Origin: Salpingoeca rosetta
Lineage: Eukaryota > Protista > Choanoflagellata
Assembly: GCA_033442325.1 (NCBI GenBank)
Contig: JAWQFM010000017.1
Coordinates: 1,384,365 to 1,395,153, forward strand
Reading direction: 5' to 3'
Length of the DNA stretch: 10,789 bases
Positions within the stretch are counted from its first letter, which is position 1. Each line of letters opens with the position of its first letter. The notes below the pieces were generated by a model, which worked only from the letters and a program-made list of their open reading frames with translations, made no database searches and was not told the origin of the DNA. The position numbers were made by a program, and so were the translations under genes. Below, in pieces: positions 8,501-10,789 of the stretch.

Positions 8501-9353
8501 ACATCACCACGGAGGTCACATTCCAGTTCAACTGCAGGTGCGCGCAGCGGTTTGTGCAGCGCGACGGCAAGTGCGTGCCGGACGAGCTGACGCGCGGCGA
8601 GATTGCTGCCATCTCCATGGGCGTTGTGATGGTGGTGGGCGCGGTGCTGGCGGTGGTGTATCAGCATTACCGCCGCCGGCGACTCACGCTCGAGGTGGAG
8701 AACAAGACTGTGTACTCGCACCTGCTGGAGAAGGAAGAGGAGGTGATGGCGCTGAAGAAGGTATGGGAGATTGACTTTGGGGAGCTGCACCTCGTCACGC
8801 GCATCGACAAGGACTCCGAGGGCGCGTTTGGGGAGGTGTGGCTGGCACGCTGGGACGAGCTCACCGTGGCCACGAAACTGCTCAAGCGCTCCGTGCTGCT
8901 GTTTGACGAGTCGCAACGCGAGGAGTTTGAGAAGGAGGTGGAGTTCCTGCAGCGGACACGGCACCCGCACGTGGTGCGGTTCTTCGGTGCGGGCACGGAT
9001 CCGCATGGCAGCCCGTTCCTGGTGCTGGAGTTTGTGGCGATGGGGTCGCTGCAGGCGCTGCTGCGGCGTGACTTGGCGCAGGTGCTGCTGTCCAAGGTGA
9101 AAGAGCGGCAGCTGTCAAACACACGCGCCCTGTTTGTGCCGAGTACGAGTGACGATAGCAGCGGCCAGAGCACCGGAGCCCGTCGCAGCGTGGCCATCGC
9201 CGAGACGCATGACACCGTGGTTATCCGCGCGCGCGAAATGCACGCCAACGCTGCCAGCACCGGACCACGTGCTGTGTGGACGCTCAAGCTTCGTCTTGCC
9301 CAGGACATTGCCTGTGGCATGGCCTTCGTCCACAGCCTTGGCCACGTGCACAG
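5587..9353 (+). CDS. LRR transmembrane receptor kinase (TKL group), exon 1: signal peptide, N-terminal region, Thr-rich linker, LRR solenoid, Cys cap, TM helix and kinase N-lobe up to HR
   Basis: The first in-frame ATG at 5587 gives MVLLLLLLLPASSAA, a signal peptide. About 13 regular 24-aa LxxLxLxxNxLxxLpxxxF repeats (about 6535-7470) are followed by degenerate repeats to about 8310. A CRC-x10-C cap precedes the TM helix IAAISMGVVMVVGAVLAVVY (8602-8661) and RRRR. Kinase motifs: EGAFGEV, VATK, FEKEV, HPHVVRFFG, LVLEF, IACGMAFVH and HVHR. The start is uncertain if an upstream exon exists. Confidence 0.93.
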
Positions 9354-9482
9354 GTGTGTAGATGTGTGTGTGGGGGGGTGTATGGGTGTAGGTGTGTGGT
9401 GTGGGTGTGTGTCTGCCTGTGCAGTGTCTGCTATTGATGATGGTGGTATTGCTGCCTCGCTCAACTCACTCTGTCCAACCAC

Positions 9483-9560
<78 letters not shown>

Positions 9561-9570
9561 GCATATGCAG
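9354..9570 (+). other. Spliceosomal GT-AG intron, 217 bp, phase 2, splitting the Arg codon of HRD
   Basis: CACAG|GTGTGT ... (CA)n ... ATGCAG|AGACCTTAAG. Splicing joins AG+A = AGA and restores HRDLKSGN in frame. Confidence 0.95.
9486..9558. repeat. (CA)n microsatellite at the 3' end of the intron
   Basis: Perfect dinucleotide run ending 12 nt before the exon boundary. Confidence 0.97.
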
Positions 9571-10219
9571 AGACCTTAAGAGCGGCAACGTGCTGGTGTC
9601 AAACGCGCTTCGGGCCAAAATCTCGGATTTCGGATGCATCCGGGACGTGTTGACAAAGGGGCAAACACGCACAGGGGATAGGAAAGGACATGACTTCACA
9701 TCTTCGTCAACCAGCGCAGTGACAGCAACGTCAGCGACAGCAATTGCGCCAACAGCATCCTCGCCTCTGAACCCTTCGCTGACGGCGGGTGTTGGTACAC
9801 CGCTGTACATGGCGCCTGAGGTACTTGCTGGCGAGGAGTACGATGGCAAGGCCGACGTCTTCAGCTTTGGAGTGCTGCTGTGGGAGATTGCCGTGCAACG
9901 CGTGCCGGATCTGGTTGAGCAGGAGCTTGGCCCAGACTTCAAAGGCACCTACACGGCACGTTTGCTGGAACTGTTGCGGCAGGGCAAACGCTTGCAGTTT
10001 CCGTCATCAGCAGCAGCCGCAGGGAACACCACCTCCACAGACTCGCCAGATGCTGCCGACATGGATGCTACACTGGCCTGGTTGGCGAGCGTTGCAAGTG
10101 AGTGTTCTGCGGAGGATCCTGCCAGGCGACCAAACTTTGGCGGCCTGGAGCTGCGGTTGAGATCAGAGGTTCAACAACTCACTGCGGCGTCATCGCACCT
10201 CGACGAAACGCGTGCTTGA
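9571..10219 (+). CDS. LRR transmembrane receptor kinase, exon 2: kinase C-lobe (spliced product about 1471 aa)
   Basis: DLKSGNVLV, KISDFG, GVGTPLYMAPE, KADVFSFGVLLWEI and C...DPARRPNF. Stop codon TGA at 10217-10219. Exon lengths 3767+649 = 4416 nt, divisible by 3. Confidence 0.95.
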
Positions 10220-10226
10220 TTCACTC

Positions 10227-10335
<109 letters not shown>

Positions 10336-10451
10336 GCTCGTATGTACCTAGCAATAGCACAATGTCCTTTTATCGCCTTGCCAAAATAAATGAGAAGGAG
10401 AACTGCTGGAATGGGTGGTACCAAGTGGGGACATACCCATTGTTCCGATGT

Positions 10452-10452
<1 letters not shown>

Positions 10453-10539
<87 letters not shown>
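10453..10539. repeat. (GT)n microsatellite
   Basis: Perfect dinucleotide run. Confidence 0.98.
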
Positions 10540-10542
<3 letters not shown>

Positions 10543-10789
10543 AAGTCGTACCTTTTCACCCCTGGTATCTTAGGGTTACCCTTGAGAAGTTCTTGCGCCT
10601 GTGGCCTCCAAACTCATGGTCGTTGCGGAGGAAGTCGCCCATGCAAAGACGCCGCAGATGCGCAGGCATCGGCCAAGCCGATTCAAGCCTGTTTTGTGTA
10701 TTGATGGCAGAAGACGAGCCCATCTGCTCCCAAGTAATAGTTGTGTGGTCTGTATCGCATGAATAGTCAACAGTTGGAGGGAAATGACG

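Noticed and set aside
10385-10390. AATAAA as a polyadenylation signal
   Set aside because: The position is plausible, but a lone hexamer is not enough without transcript data.
10570-10578. Isolated TTAGGGTTA (single TTAGGG also at 491, 603 and 2470)
   Set aside because: Too short to distinguish from chance. The break in 18S did not use the internal TTAGGG seeds at 491 or 603.

Overview
Eukaryotic scaffold made of three contigs joined by two 100-N gaps (1087-1186, 4992-5091). Long CA/TG microsatellites, TTAGGG repeats and GC-rich genes suggest a holozoan protist; a choanoflagellate such as Salpingoeca is my inference, not a database result. Contig 1: an 18S rRNA gene fragment with expanded variable regions breaks off inside the universal motif GGGGAAACTCA|CCAGG. 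It is fused directly to 47 TTAGGG-type repeats in chromosome-end orientation, and these are followed by 73 bp of non-telomeric DNA. Contig 2: the internal part of a Ty3/gypsy LTR retrotransposon (gag CCHC knuckle, a G_GGA_AAC -1 frameshift signal with hairpin, a microsatellite-like spacer, then PR-RT-RH-IN). It carries three frame disruptions. Contig 3: a complete two-exon gene (about 1471 aa) for an LRR-transmembrane receptor kinase of TKL type (HRDLKSGN), flanked by microsatellites. The most notable signals are the rDNA-telomere junction, the sequence beyond the telomere tract, and the retrotransposon recoding region.
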